DNA of 54,931 nucleotides from Gemmatimonadaceae bacterium (lineage in GTDB: Bacteria; Gemmatimonadota; Gemmatimonadetes; Gemmatimonadales; Gemmatimonadaceae), in contig JANRJP010000039.1 in assembly GCA_033763905.1 (NCBI GenBank), positions 1 to 54,931 of the forward strand, read 5' to 3'. This document shows positions 18,918-26,995 of the stretch, in pieces (position 1 is the stretch's first letter; each line of letters starts with the position of its first letter). The position numbers were made by a program, and so were the translations under genes. Under the pieces are notes generated by a model. That model was not told where the DNA came from. It made no database searches and saw only the letters and a list, made by a program, of their open reading frames with translations.

Positions 18918-19102
18918 CTGACGACTGATGACCCTGATCTGATGACCCTTGGCTTGAGTTGTCCCGAGAAGTGACTGCGTGGTCGGCAGTCAGTCATCGG
19001 TCACAGGCTTGTGACTGGCTACCGACTACCGACAACGCAGTCAGGGATGGGGACAACGCAAGCTGAGGGTTGTCGGATTACGGTCGTCAGTGATCAGCGT
19101 CG
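18918..19102. repeat. Long imperfect palindrome (rod hairpin), copy 2; overlaps the stop of the four-helix-bundle gene
   Basis: Outer arms 18916-18965 and 19050-19099: 39 WC + 7 G-U + 4 mismatches over 50 positions; inner stem 18972-19043. Confidence 0.92.
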
Positions 19103-19458
19103 ATGGCGGCCGACAGGCGGCGAACCAGACCGGCGAGCATCCGCTTGACCTGCGCCGTCTTCTCCTGCAGGTCGTCGTACTCCGCCGCCGGCAGCACCCC
19201 CGTATCGCGGGCCAGCAGCAGATGGTAGTCGACCTCGCCGGCCGATGCGTACGCGATCTCCAGATACCGCCGGAACTCCGATCGGCTCCGCCGGTGGCAG
19301 CCCTCCGCAATGCTCGCCGGCACCGCGGCCGCCGCGCGTCGCAGTTGCGACGCCAGCGCGGCGTCCGACCGCCGCCGCCACTTGTTGGTCGACCGGTGGA
19401 CGCACAGCACGAGTTGGTGGGCTTTGGCCCACACCACGAGTTTCTTGTAGTCCTGCAT
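19087..19458 (-). CDS. Four helix bundle protein (23S rRNA intervening-sequence protein / Avd-like family)
   Basis: MQDYKKLVVWAKAHQL...LASQLRRAAAAVPASIAEGCHR...EFRRYLEIAYASAGEVDYHLLLARDTG...MLAGL is the family signature; start ATG 19458. Confidence 0.92.
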   Translation of the reverse strand: MQDYKKLVVWAKAHQLVLCVHRSTNKWRRRSDAALASQLRRAAAAVPASIAEGCHRRSRSEFRRYLEIAYASAGEVDYHLLLARDTGVLPAAEYDDLQEKTAQVKRMLAGLVRRLSAAIDADH

Positions 19459-19567
19459 GCCGCGATGGTAGGACGGCCCCATCCCACGAGCGGTGCCGAG
19501 ACTTCGTGGCTAGTTTCATTCCGTTGCCGCCGCGCGATGCGAGCGTGCCCTTCATCCCGTCTTTGCG

Positions 19568-20671
19568 ATGCTCTCTCTCGGAATCGTCGGCCTGCCGAAT
19601 GTCGGCAAGTCGTCCCTCTTCAATGCGCTGACCGCCGCCAAGGCCGAAGCGGCGAACTATCCGTTCTGCACCGTCGATCCCAACGTCGGGATGGTCGAGG
19701 TGCCCGACCCGCGGCTGCAGGCGATTTCGGCGCTCATCAGCCCCAAGAAGATCGTCCCCGCGGCCGTGCAGTTCGTCGACATCGCCGGTCTCGTGAAGGG
19801 TGCCTCGAGCGGCGAGGGGCTCGGCAACAAGTTCCTGAGCAACATCCGCGAGACCGACGCCATCGTGCACGTCATTCGCTGCTTCGACGATCCCGATGTC
19901 ACGCACGTGATGGGCAGCGTCGACCCGGTGCGCGATCGCGAGATCATCGAGATCGAGCTCGCGCTCGCCGACTTGGGCTCCGTCGAAAAGCGGCTCGACA
20001 AGGTGAAGCGCACGGCCAAGACCGGCGACAAGGAGGCGCTCGCCGAGCTCCCGATTCTCGAGAAGGCCAATGCGGCGCTCGCGGCTGGTACGGCGCTGTG
20101 GCACGCCGGGCTCTCGAAGGACGAACTCGCCGTCCTCAAGGGGCTCGCGCTCCTCACGATGAAGCCGATCCTCTACGCCGCCAACGTCACCGACGCCGAG
20201 TTGTCGGGTGAGGAAGGCCCGCACGTGAAGGCCCTCCGCGCCGCGATCGCCGCGGCTGACGAGCCGGCCGAGGTCGTCACCTTCAGCGCCAAGATCGAAA
20301 GCGAACTCGCCGAACTGTCGCCGGAGGAACGCTCGGAGTTTCTGGCGTCGCTCGGCATCGAGAGCGCGGGCCTCGACCGGCTCATCCGGGCCGGCTACCA
20401 CCTGCTCGGCCTGCAGACCTTCTTCACCGCCGGCGAAAAGGAAGTCCGCGCGTGGACGATCCACCGCGGCGACACCGCGCCGCAGGCGGCGGGCGTCATT
20501 CACACCGACTTCGAGAAGGCGTTCATTCGCGCCGAGACCGTGGCGTACGACGAGTTCATTGCGACGGGCGGCTGGAAGGGCGCGAAGGAAAAGGGCGTCG
20601 CCCGATCGGAAGGCAAGGAGTACGTCGTCGCGGATGGCGACGTGATGCTGTTCCTCACCTCGGCCAAGTAG
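19568..20671 (+). CDS. ychF: Redox-regulated ATPase YchF
   Basis: [67 protein letters not shown]. Confidence 0.98.
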   Translation: MLSLGIVGLPNVGKSSLFNALTAAKAEAANYPFCTVDPNVGMVEVPDPRLQAISALISPKKIVPAAVQFVDIAGLVKGASSGEGLGNKFLSNIRETDAIVHVIRCFDDPDVTHVMGSVDPVRDREIIEIELALADLGSVEKRLDKVKRTAKTGDKEALAELPILEKANAALAAGTALWHAGLSKDELAVLKGLALLTMKPILYAANVTDAELSGEEGPHVKALRAAIAAADEPAEVVTFSAKIESELAELSPEERSEFLASLGIESAGLDRLIRAGYHLLGLQTFFTAGEKEVRAWTIHRGDTAPQAAGVIHTDFEKAFIRAETVAYDEFIATGGWKGAKEKGVARSEGKEYVVADGDVMLFLTSAK

Positions 20672-20681
20672 GAGCCCGACT

Positions 20682-20888
20682 GTGCGTACAGTGGCGGATC
20701 AGACCGGCATCACGTGGATTTGCCTGGAAATGCCGGACAGCCCCGCAGTGGCGACGACGGGGAGCGAGTTGGTGACGGTCGAGTGCAATTCCGGGGCGCA
20801 GCGGGTGCAGATCGCGGTGGCGGCCGACTGGATGGACTGGCCCGACGACCGGCTGGTGCGGACGATCTTCGACGGCCTCAAGACTTGA
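20682..20888 (+). CDS. Small hypothetical protein (68 aa)
   Basis: AGGAG SD 7 nt upstream of GTG; fills the ychF-rpsF gap; protein-like composition. Confidence 0.6.
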   Translation: MRTVADQTGITWICLEMPDSPAVATTGSELVTVECNSGAQRVQIAVAADWMDWPDDRLVRTIFDGLKT

Positions 20889-20913
20889 TCCAACCCGAAG
20901 GCTGACATAGCTT
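20885..20913 (+). promoter_or_regulatory. Putative sigma70 promoter of the rpsF operon
   Basis: TTGATC-17 nt-TAGCTT immediately upstream of the leader structure. Confidence 0.6.
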
Positions 20914-20917
20914 TAGC

Positions 20918-20969
20918 GGCTCACCCTTCCCCGGGCATCCGTCCGGGGACTTTCAGACCACAGGGAGCC
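20918..20969 (+). ncRNA. Putative S6:S18 ribosomal protein leader
   Basis: Outer helix GGCT(CA)CCCT/AGGGAGCC sequesters the SD; inner hairpin TCCCCGG/CCGGGGA; unpaired CC in the 3' junction; directly upstream of rpsF. Confidence 0.6.
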
Positions 20970-20976
20970 ACATCCG

Positions 20977-21339
20977 ATGACCCGCACGTACGAGGCGGTG
21001 TACATCTTCGACAGCACGCTCGAAGACACCGTCATCGCCGAAAAGCTCGCCAAGTTCCAGGCGCTGCTCGGCACGATCGAAGGCCTCACGGCCGACCACT
21101 GGGGCCGCCGCCAGCTGGCGTACCCGATCAACAAGCGCGAGACCGGCTACTACGTCGTATCGCGTTTCACGATCGCCCCCGCCGTGCTCCCCGAGTTCGA
21201 GCGCGCCCTCAAGCTCGACGAAGGGATCCTCCGCTACCTGCTCACGATCTACGAGCACGAGCTCGGAGCTCCGGCGAACCTGCTCGCAGACGGCGAGTTC
21301 GGGAAGCGCCGTGACGACGACGACGACGACGAGGAATAA
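20977..21339 (+). CDS. rpsF: 30S ribosomal protein S6
   Basis: RTYEAVYIFD, WGRRQLAYPINK, GYY, ILRYL; acidic tail. Confidence 0.97.
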   Translation: MTRTYEAVYIFDSTLEDTVIAEKLAKFQALLGTIEGLTADHWGRRQLAYPINKRETGYYVVSRFTIAPAVLPEFERALKLDEGILRYLLTIYEHELGAPANLLADGEFGKRRDDDDDDEE

Positions 21340-21342
21340 CCG

Positions 21343-21564
21343 ATGCGCCGCCCTTCGAAGGCTTGCCCATTCTGCGAGTCCCGCATTCGCTGGATCGACT
21401 ACAAGGACGAGCGCACGCTCGGTCGCTTTCTCACCGAGCAGGGGAAGATCCTCCCCAGCCGCCTGAGCGGCGCCTGTGCGCGTCATCAGCGTCAGCTCTC
21501 GACCGCGATCAAGCGCGCGCGGTATCTGGCCCTGATCCCGTACGTCCGCACGCAGTCCGCGTGA
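21343..21564 (+). CDS. rpsR: 30S ribosomal protein S18 (Cys-containing form)
   Basis: [39 protein letters not shown]. Confidence 0.97.
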   Translation: MRRPSKACPFCESRIRWIDYKDERTLGRFLTEQGKILPSRLSGACARHQRQLSTAIKRARYLALIPYVRTQSA

Positions 21565-21604
21565 GGCGAATCGCCGGCGCCCGTTCGGGCCGGCGCGGAT
21601 CGCA

Positions 21605-22618
21605 ATGAGCAATGAGACTCCGGCGCCCCTCGCGGCGCCGACGGAGCGCGGGTGGGGGCGGGTGCTATTGGCACTCGCCCTCGTCCTGTTGTTGGTGGGA
21701 CCGATCGCCCCAATCGGTCGGCCGCTGGTGCTGCTCTTCCCGGTGCTGGCGGCCCTGATGCTCGCCGGATGGCGCCGCGGCGGCCGCTGGCTGCCGGCCG
21801 CCGGATGGGCCGCGGCGGTGCTGTACCTCGTCGTGCAACTGGCGGCGGCCGATACCGGCGCGGCGCGGCTCGAGCTGGGCTTTGCGCTCCTGCTGGCGGT
21901 GGCCTTCGGCATTCTCGCCGGCGCGTGGCGCGATGTGCCGTTCTTTCCCCGCGCCCTGGGTGCCACCGCCGTCACGATCGGCGGCGCGGCGCTCATTGCC
22001 GCGTCGAGCGGCGGCATCGGACGCGTGAGCGACGCGGTGGAACGGGAGTACCGCGCGCGCGCCGCGACGATGGCCCAGGCGGCCACGGCGATGATTGCCC
22101 AGCAAGGCCGTGGCGATCAGAGCGAGGCCGCGCAGGCGCGCCGTCAGGAGATGCGCGTGTTGAGCGACGCGCTGCAGCAGTTCCTCCCCGTGATCGGCGT
22201 CCAGCTGCTCCCCGCCCTGCTCGCGCTGGAAGTGCTGGCAGTGCTCGGCCTGGCCTGGTCGCTCTACCACCGGCTCAATCGGACGCGACTGGGCCCCCCG
22301 CTGGGTCGGCTGGCCGACTTCCGCTTCTCGGATGCGCTGGTGTGGGGAATCATCGCCGGATTGGCGATTTTGGTGGTACCGGGACTTGCGCCGGTACGGG
22401 GGGTAGCGGCGAACTTACTGGTCTTGTTCGGCGCGCTGTATGCCATTCGCGGCTTCGGCGTGTTGTGGTACTTCGTGGCGCCTGGACCTGTAGCCACCGT
22501 GCTCGTGGTTCTGGCCGCATCGGTGTTCTGGACGATTGTCGTGCCGACCGCCGCGTGCCTCGGGCTTTCGGATACCTGGATTGACTGGCGGCGGCGGGCG
22601 CAGGCCCCCACGCCCTGA
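21605..22618 (+). CDS. DUF2232/YybS-family membrane protein
   Basis: Multi-TM protein between rpsR and rplI; C-terminal LGLSDTWIDWRRR. Confidence 0.8.
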   Translation: MSNETPAPLAAPTERGWGRVLLALALVLLLVGPIAPIGRPLVLLFPVLAALMLAGWRRGGRWLPAAGWAAAVLYLVVQLAAADTGAARLELGFALLLAVAFGILAGAWRDVPFFPRALGATAVTIGGAALIAASSGGIGRVSDAVEREYRARAATMAQAATAMIAQQGRGDQSEAAQARRQEMRVLSDALQQFLPVIGVQLLPALLALEVLAVLGLAWSLYHRLNRTRLGPPLGRLADFRFSDALVWGIIAGLAILVVPGLAPVRGVAANLLVLFGALYAIRGFGVLWYFVAPGPVATVLVVLAASVFWTIVVPTAACLGLSDTWIDWRRRAQAPTP

Positions 22619-22631
22619 CTCGGAGTGAACG

Positions 22632-23078
22632 ATGGAAGTGATTCTGCGCGCAGCGGTTGAGAACCTCGGGGAGCCGGGCGAGATCGTGAAGGTCTCGAAC
22701 GGGTACGCCCGCAACTTTCTGCTCCCCCGCGGGGTCGCCTTCGAGGCGACGCCCGGCAACAAGAAGCGCATCGAGCAGGAGCGCGCCCGCCTCGAGGCCG
22801 CCGAGAAGGCGCGCCGCGACGCCGCGCAGGCGATCGCCGACAAGCTCGAGCCGATCCAGCTGACCTTCTCGGTCCGCGTCGGCGACGAGGGCAAGCTCTT
22901 CGGTTCGGTGACGGCGGCCGACATCGCGCAGCAGCTCCACACGCAGGGCTTCGAGCACGTCGAAAAGCGGATGATCGACCTCCACGAGCCGATCAAGGCG
23001 CTCGGCGTGTACAAGGTCCCGGTGAAGCTGCACGCTGGCGTGCACCCCGAGATCAAGGTCTGGGTCATCAAGGCGTAA
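22632..23078 (+). CDS. rplI: 50S ribosomal protein L9
   Basis: MEVIL, LGEPGEIVKVSNGYARNFLLP, GKLFGSVT, PIKALG. Confidence 0.97.
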   Translation: MEVILRAAVENLGEPGEIVKVSNGYARNFLLPRGVAFEATPGNKKRIEQERARLEAAEKARRDAAQAIADKLEPIQLTFSVRVGDEGKLFGSVTAADIAQQLHTQGFEHVEKRMIDLHEPIKALGVYKVPVKLHAGVHPEIKVWVIKA

Positions 23079-23103
23079 TCGCCGACCGATCCGATCCAAC
23101 GGC

Positions 23104-23143
23104 CGAGGGCCGGGGCGCGTGCGCTCCGGCCCTCGCGGCTTTT
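23104..23143 (+). terminator. Intrinsic terminator after rplI
   Basis: 14-bp stem CGAGGGCCGGGGCG/CGCTCCGGCCCTCG (one G-U) followed by CGGCTTTT. Confidence 0.65.
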
Positions 23144-23279
23144 GCGCCTGCCCTCGTCGCTTCTGCGCCGGCCCGTGGCGCGCGTTCCGCTCTTGCCCCC
23201 GTCCCCCCGCTCTGCTAGCACTAGAGCATCCATCCTTAACGGCCGGAACTTCCTGCCGTCTCACGGGTTGTCACCGCTG

Positions 23280-23681
23280 ATGCCTGCCGCTGCCTCCAAG
23301 CCCCCGAAGGCCCCAAAGCCCCCCGCTGCGCGCCCCTCTGACGCGCTGGCGCGCGTCCTCGCGACCGCGTGCGACGACGCGAAGGCCGAGGACATCACGG
23401 TCCTGCGGGTCGGGGATGTAAGCGACATTGCCGACTGGTTTCTGGTGGCCTCGGGCACCTCGGACACGCACGTGCGTTCGACCGCAGACCGGCTCGTAGA
23501 AGCGGCGCGCAAGGCGGGCCACAAGGTCCACCACGTCGAAGGCACCGAAACCGGCAAATGGGTCGTGCTCGATTTCGTGGATGTCATCGTGCACCTCTTC
23601 ACGCCCACGCTGCGGACCTACTACCAACTCGAACGGCTATGGAGCGACGCCCCGGTAGTACCCGTCGCGCGGCTGGCGTGA
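23280..23681 (+). CDS. rsfS: Ribosome silencing factor (RsfS/Iojap)
   Basis: DAKAEDI, DWFLVASGTSDTHV, EG...WVVLDFVDVIVHLF, RTYYQLERLW. Confidence 0.93.
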   Translation: MPAAASKPPKAPKPPAARPSDALARVLATACDDAKAEDITVLRVGDVSDIADWFLVASGTSDTHVRSTADRLVEAARKAGHKVHHVEGTETGKWVVLDFVDVIVHLFTPTLRTYYQLERLWSDAPVVPVARLA

Positions 23682-26600
23682 GCGCCACCGCGCGCTTCCT
23701 TCGCGCCGCCGCAGCCGTGGCGCTGGCGGTGACGGGGGCGCTCGGCGCCCGCGTGGCCGAGGCCCAGTTCGGCGATACGCAGTTCGGGATGAATCAGGTG
23801 CAGTACCGCCAATTCAAGTGGCGGGTGATGGAGACCGAGCACTTCCTGATTCACTACTACCCGGAAATCGCCGAAGCCGCGGTCGACGGTGCGCGGATGG
23901 CGGAGCGCTCGTACGCCCGGCTCACGCGGCTGATGAATCATCAGTTCCGCGAGAAGAAGCCGTTGATCTTCTTCGCCACGCGTGGCGACTTCGGCCAGAA
24001 CAACATCACGGGGGACTTGGGCGAAGGCACCGGCGCCGTGGCGGAAGGCCTGCGCCATCGCGCGCTGATTCCGTTCACCGGCGACTACAAGACCTTCGAG
24101 CACGTGCTGCAGCACGAGCTCACGCACGTCTTCCAGTACGACATCTTCGCCCGCGGCCGCGCGGGCCAGGGCCTGCAGACACTGGCCAACGTGCAGCCGC
24201 CGCTGTGGTTCATGGAGGGGATGCCGGAGTACCTCTTCTACGGCGGCCGGCTCCCGTATCTCGATATGATCATGCGGGACGCCGCCGTGAGCGGTCGCAT
24301 CCCGTCGATCGAGGCGATGACGCAGCGCCCCGACCTCTTCTTCCCGTACACCTTCGGCCACTCGCTTTGGCAGTTCGTTGGCCAGCGCTGGGGCGACGAG
24401 GCGATCGGCGAGATCATGAACGCGGTGCCGTCGATCGGCATCGAGCGGGCCTTCCGCCGCGAACTCGGCTTGTCGCTCGAAGAACTGTCCGACGAGTGGA
24501 AGGAGCACCTGCAGAGCAAGTACCTGCCGCAGATCGCCGAGAAGGAGCGGCCGCGCAAGTTCTCGCAGCCCCTGCTGTCGGAGCGCAAGACGGGCGGTGC
24601 GCCCTTCTTCGTCGCGCCGGCCTATTCGCCCGACGGCAACTACATCGCCTACATCGGCTACGGCTCCTTCCTGCGAGGCGAAGTCTTCCCCGACCTGTGG
24701 CTGGCCGACGGCCGGACCGGCAAGCGACTGCAGCGCCTGGTGAAGACGACGACCGATGCGGACTTCGAGGAACTGCGCCTGCTCTATTCGCAGAGCGCCT
24801 TCTCGCCCGACGGCAAGACCCTGGCCTTCACCGCGATGAAGGCCGGCCGCGACATTCTGTATCTCGTGGATGTGAAGTCGCGGAAGATCATCAAGGATTT
24901 CCCCGACGTGCCGCTCGATGGTGCCACCGGCCCGACGTGGTCGCCGGACGGACAGCGCATCGTGTTCAGCGGCAACCGTGGCGGCATCACGGACCTCTAC
25001 GTCGTCAACCGCGACGGCAGCGGATTCCGCCAGCTGACGCAGGACCGCTACGGCGACCTGATGCCGCAGTGGTCGCCCGACGGCAAGACGATCGCCTTCG
25101 CGTCCGATCGCGGCCCCGAGACCGACTTTGACGTGCTGCGGTTCTCGCCGTTTCGGATTTCGCTCTACGATTTCGAGACCGGACGCGTCACCGTGGTGCC
25201 CGGACAGAGTGGGCGCAGCATCAACCCGCAGTGGGCGCCGGACGGCAAGTCGATCGCCTACATCAGCAGCCGCTCGGGCATCGACAACATCTTCCTGTAC
25301 GACCTCGTGCAGCGCGAACACTACCGCCTCACGAACGTACCGGGCGGTGTCTCGTCGTTGACCGACTTGAGCCCGGCGCTCACGTGGGCGCGCGGCGCGG
25401 ACAAGATGGCGTTCGTGTACTACGACAACGGCGACGTGAGCGTGTGGTCGGTCGCCAACCCGCGGCAGCTCAAGAAGGCGCCGTGGCGCGACGGAAGCAC
25501 CGGTCCGACGGTGGTGGCGGAAGCAAAGCCGGCGACGATCGAAATCGCTGAGCCGACGCGCGGCGATGAGACGACGCTCGACGGCCAGTTGCGTCGCGTG
25601 TCGCTGTATCGGTCGCCGACCGGTGTCCGCGCCTCGGGTTCGCTCCCGGCACTGCGGGGGCCGTCGGCCGGTGGCCCGGTGAGCGTGGCGGCAATGTCCG
25701 ACAGCGCCGACTTCGCGTTGCCGGATACCTCGACCTTCCGCCGCTTCGCCTACAAGACAGCCTTCGAACCCGAATACGTCGCGCAGCCGACGATCGGCTA
25801 TGCGCAGGACAATTTCGGCCGCGGCCTGTTCGGCGGTACGACGATCGTGTTCGGCGACTTGATGGGCAACAGCCGCCTGGCCTTCAGCGGCGCAATCAAC
25901 GGCCGCTTGCAGGAGGCGCAGCTCTACGCCGCCTACACGCAGATGGGCGGCCGCTTCCAGTGGCAGGCAGGCGTCACGCAGTCGCCGCTCTTCCTGTTCC
26001 TTGGCGGCAACGTCGCGCCGAACCCTGACGGCTTCACCTTCACGCAGACCCAGTCGCTGCTCCGCATCGTGCAGCGCGGCGTCTTCGCCACCGGGTTCTA
26101 CCCGCTCAACCGATTCACGCGGTTCGAGCTGGGCGTGCAGTTCTTCGACCTGCAGCGCGCGCAGCTCAACTTCAACACCATCGTCGATCCGATCGGCAAC
26201 CTCGCCGCGGCACCGCAGCCGGCCGAGGTGCAGAATCTGGGCAGCAGCACGTTCTTCTCGCCGGTCGCGGCCTACGTTAGCGACAACACGTTGCAGGGCT
26301 ACACCGGCCCGATCAGCGGTCGTCGGTGGCGCGTGCAGTTCTCGCCGGCGCTCGGCAACCTGCAGTGGCTGGAGTCGTCGGTCGATTACCGCCGCTACAG
26401 CCCGCTGCTCTTCAACTGGATCACGGTCGCCACGCGCGTCGCCAGCACGTACCGCTCGGGGCGCGATGCCGGCGCGTTCCCGCGGTACATCGGGCGCCCC
26501 TTCTTCGTGCGCGGGTACGATCGCGAGAGCGGGTTCGCGCAGAACTGCATTCCGTCGGTCACCGGCGACACCTCCGGGTGCGGCGCGCAGCAGTTGGTTG

Positions 26601-26932
26601 GCACTCGCGCCGCGTACGCCAACGCCGAAGTGCGCTTCCCGGTCGTCCGGCGGCTCGAACTCGGACTCCTTCCGATCGCCCTGCCGCCGCTCGACGGCCT
26701 CGTGTTTATGGACTGGGGTGCCGCGTGGTCGGCGGGACAGACGCTGTCGCTCCGCAAGCCGGCGAATTTCGATCCGGCGGCCGACCGGCAGCGGTACTTC
26801 CTCGGGTCCTACGGCGCCGGGCTGCGGCTCAACCTGTTCGGCTTGGCGCTGCTCCGCTGGGATTACGCGATCCCGCTCGCCGATCCGCAGCGCCGCGGCT
26901 ACTGGGTCTGGACGCTGGGCCCGAGCTTCTAA
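23678..26932 (+). CDS. Omp85/BamA-TamA family outer-membrane protein with N-terminal zinc-peptidase domain and TolB-like (PD40) beta-propeller
   Basis: GTG 23678, signal peptide (AEA-Q); HELTH...WFMEG gluzincin motif; five SPDG/APDG repeats; barrel with FVRGYD, NAEVRFP and C-terminal Phe. Confidence 0.85.
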   Translation: MSATARFLRAAAAVALAVTGALGARVAEAQFGDTQFGMNQVQYRQFKWRVMETEHFLIHYYPEIAEAAVDGARMAERSYARLTRLMNHQFREKKPLIFFATRGDFGQNNITGDLGEGTGAVAEGLRHRALIPFTGDYKTFEHVLQHELTHVFQYDIFARGRAGQGLQTLANVQPPLWFMEGMPEYLFYGGRLPYLDMIMRDAAVSGRIPSIEAMTQRPDLFFPYTFGHSLWQFVGQRWGDEAIGEIMNAVPSIGIERAFRRELGLSLEELSDEWKEHLQSKYLPQIAEKERPRKFSQPLLSERKTGGAPFFVAPAYSPDGNYIAYIGYGSFLRGEVFPDLWLADGRTGKRLQRLVKTTTDADFEELRLLYSQSAFSPDGKTLAFTAMKAGRDILYLVDVKSRKIIKDFPDVPLDGATGPTWSPDGQRIVFSGNRGGITDLYVVNRDGSGFRQLTQDRYGDLMPQWSPDGKTIAFASDRGPETDFDVLRFSPFRISLYDFETGRVTVVPGQSGRSINPQWAPDGKSIAYISSRSGIDNIFLYDLVQREHYRLTNVPGGVSSLTDLSPALTWARGADKMAFVYYDNGDVSVWSVANPRQLKKAPWRDGSTGPTVVAEAKPATIEIAEPTRGDETTLDGQLRRVSLYRSPTGVRASGSLPALRGPSAGGPVSVAAMSDSADFALPDTSTFRRFAYKTAFEPEYVAQPTIGYAQDNFGRGLFGGTTIVFGDLMGNSRLAFSGAINGRLQEAQLYAAYTQMGGRFQWQAGVTQSPLFLFLGGNVAPNPDGFTFTQTQSLLRIVQRGVFATGFYPLNRFTRFELGVQFFDLQRAQLNFNTIVDPIGNLAAAPQPAEVQNLGSSTFFSPVAAYVSDNTLQGYTGPISGRRWRVQFSPALGNLQWLESSVDYRRYSPLLFNWITVATRVASTYRSGRDAGAFPRYIGRPFFVRGYDRESGFAQNCIPSVTGDTSGCGAQQLVGTRAAYANAEVRFPVVRRLELGLLPIALPPLDGLVFMDWGAAWSAGQTLSLRKPANFDPAADRQRYFLGSYGAGLRLNLFGLALLRWDYAIPLADPQRRGYWVWTLGPSF

Positions 26933-26951
26933 GGTCAATGTGCTGGAGTGG

Positions 26952-26991
26952 CACGGCCCCGGCGCCTCAGGCGCCGGGGCCGTGTATCTTT
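26952..26991 (+). terminator. Perfect 15-bp hairpin after the Omp85 gene (terminator-like)
   Basis: CACGGCCCCGGCGCC-TCA-GGCGCCGGGGCCGTG followed by TATCTTT. Confidence 0.6.
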
Positions 26992-26995
26992 GGGC

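Noticed and set aside
18789..18974. 61-aa ORF within the repeats
   Set aside because: Lies in palindromic repeat sequence, with no SD and no protein-like signature.
18696..19102. CRISPR array interpretation of the repeats
   Set aside because: Only two 185-bp units, no short repeat-spacer series, and no cas genes in the window.
18687..19567. IS element, DGR, or rRNA intervening sequence
   Set aside because: No transposase, reverse transcriptase or rRNA gene in the window; no target-site duplication found; copy differences are not adenine-specific.
21313..21336. (GAC)n microsatellite at the end of rpsF
   Set aside because: Encodes the usual acidic S6 tail, in frame.
23621..26938. 1105-aa minus-strand ORF
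   Set aside because: Codon-symmetric shadow of the Omp85-family gene.
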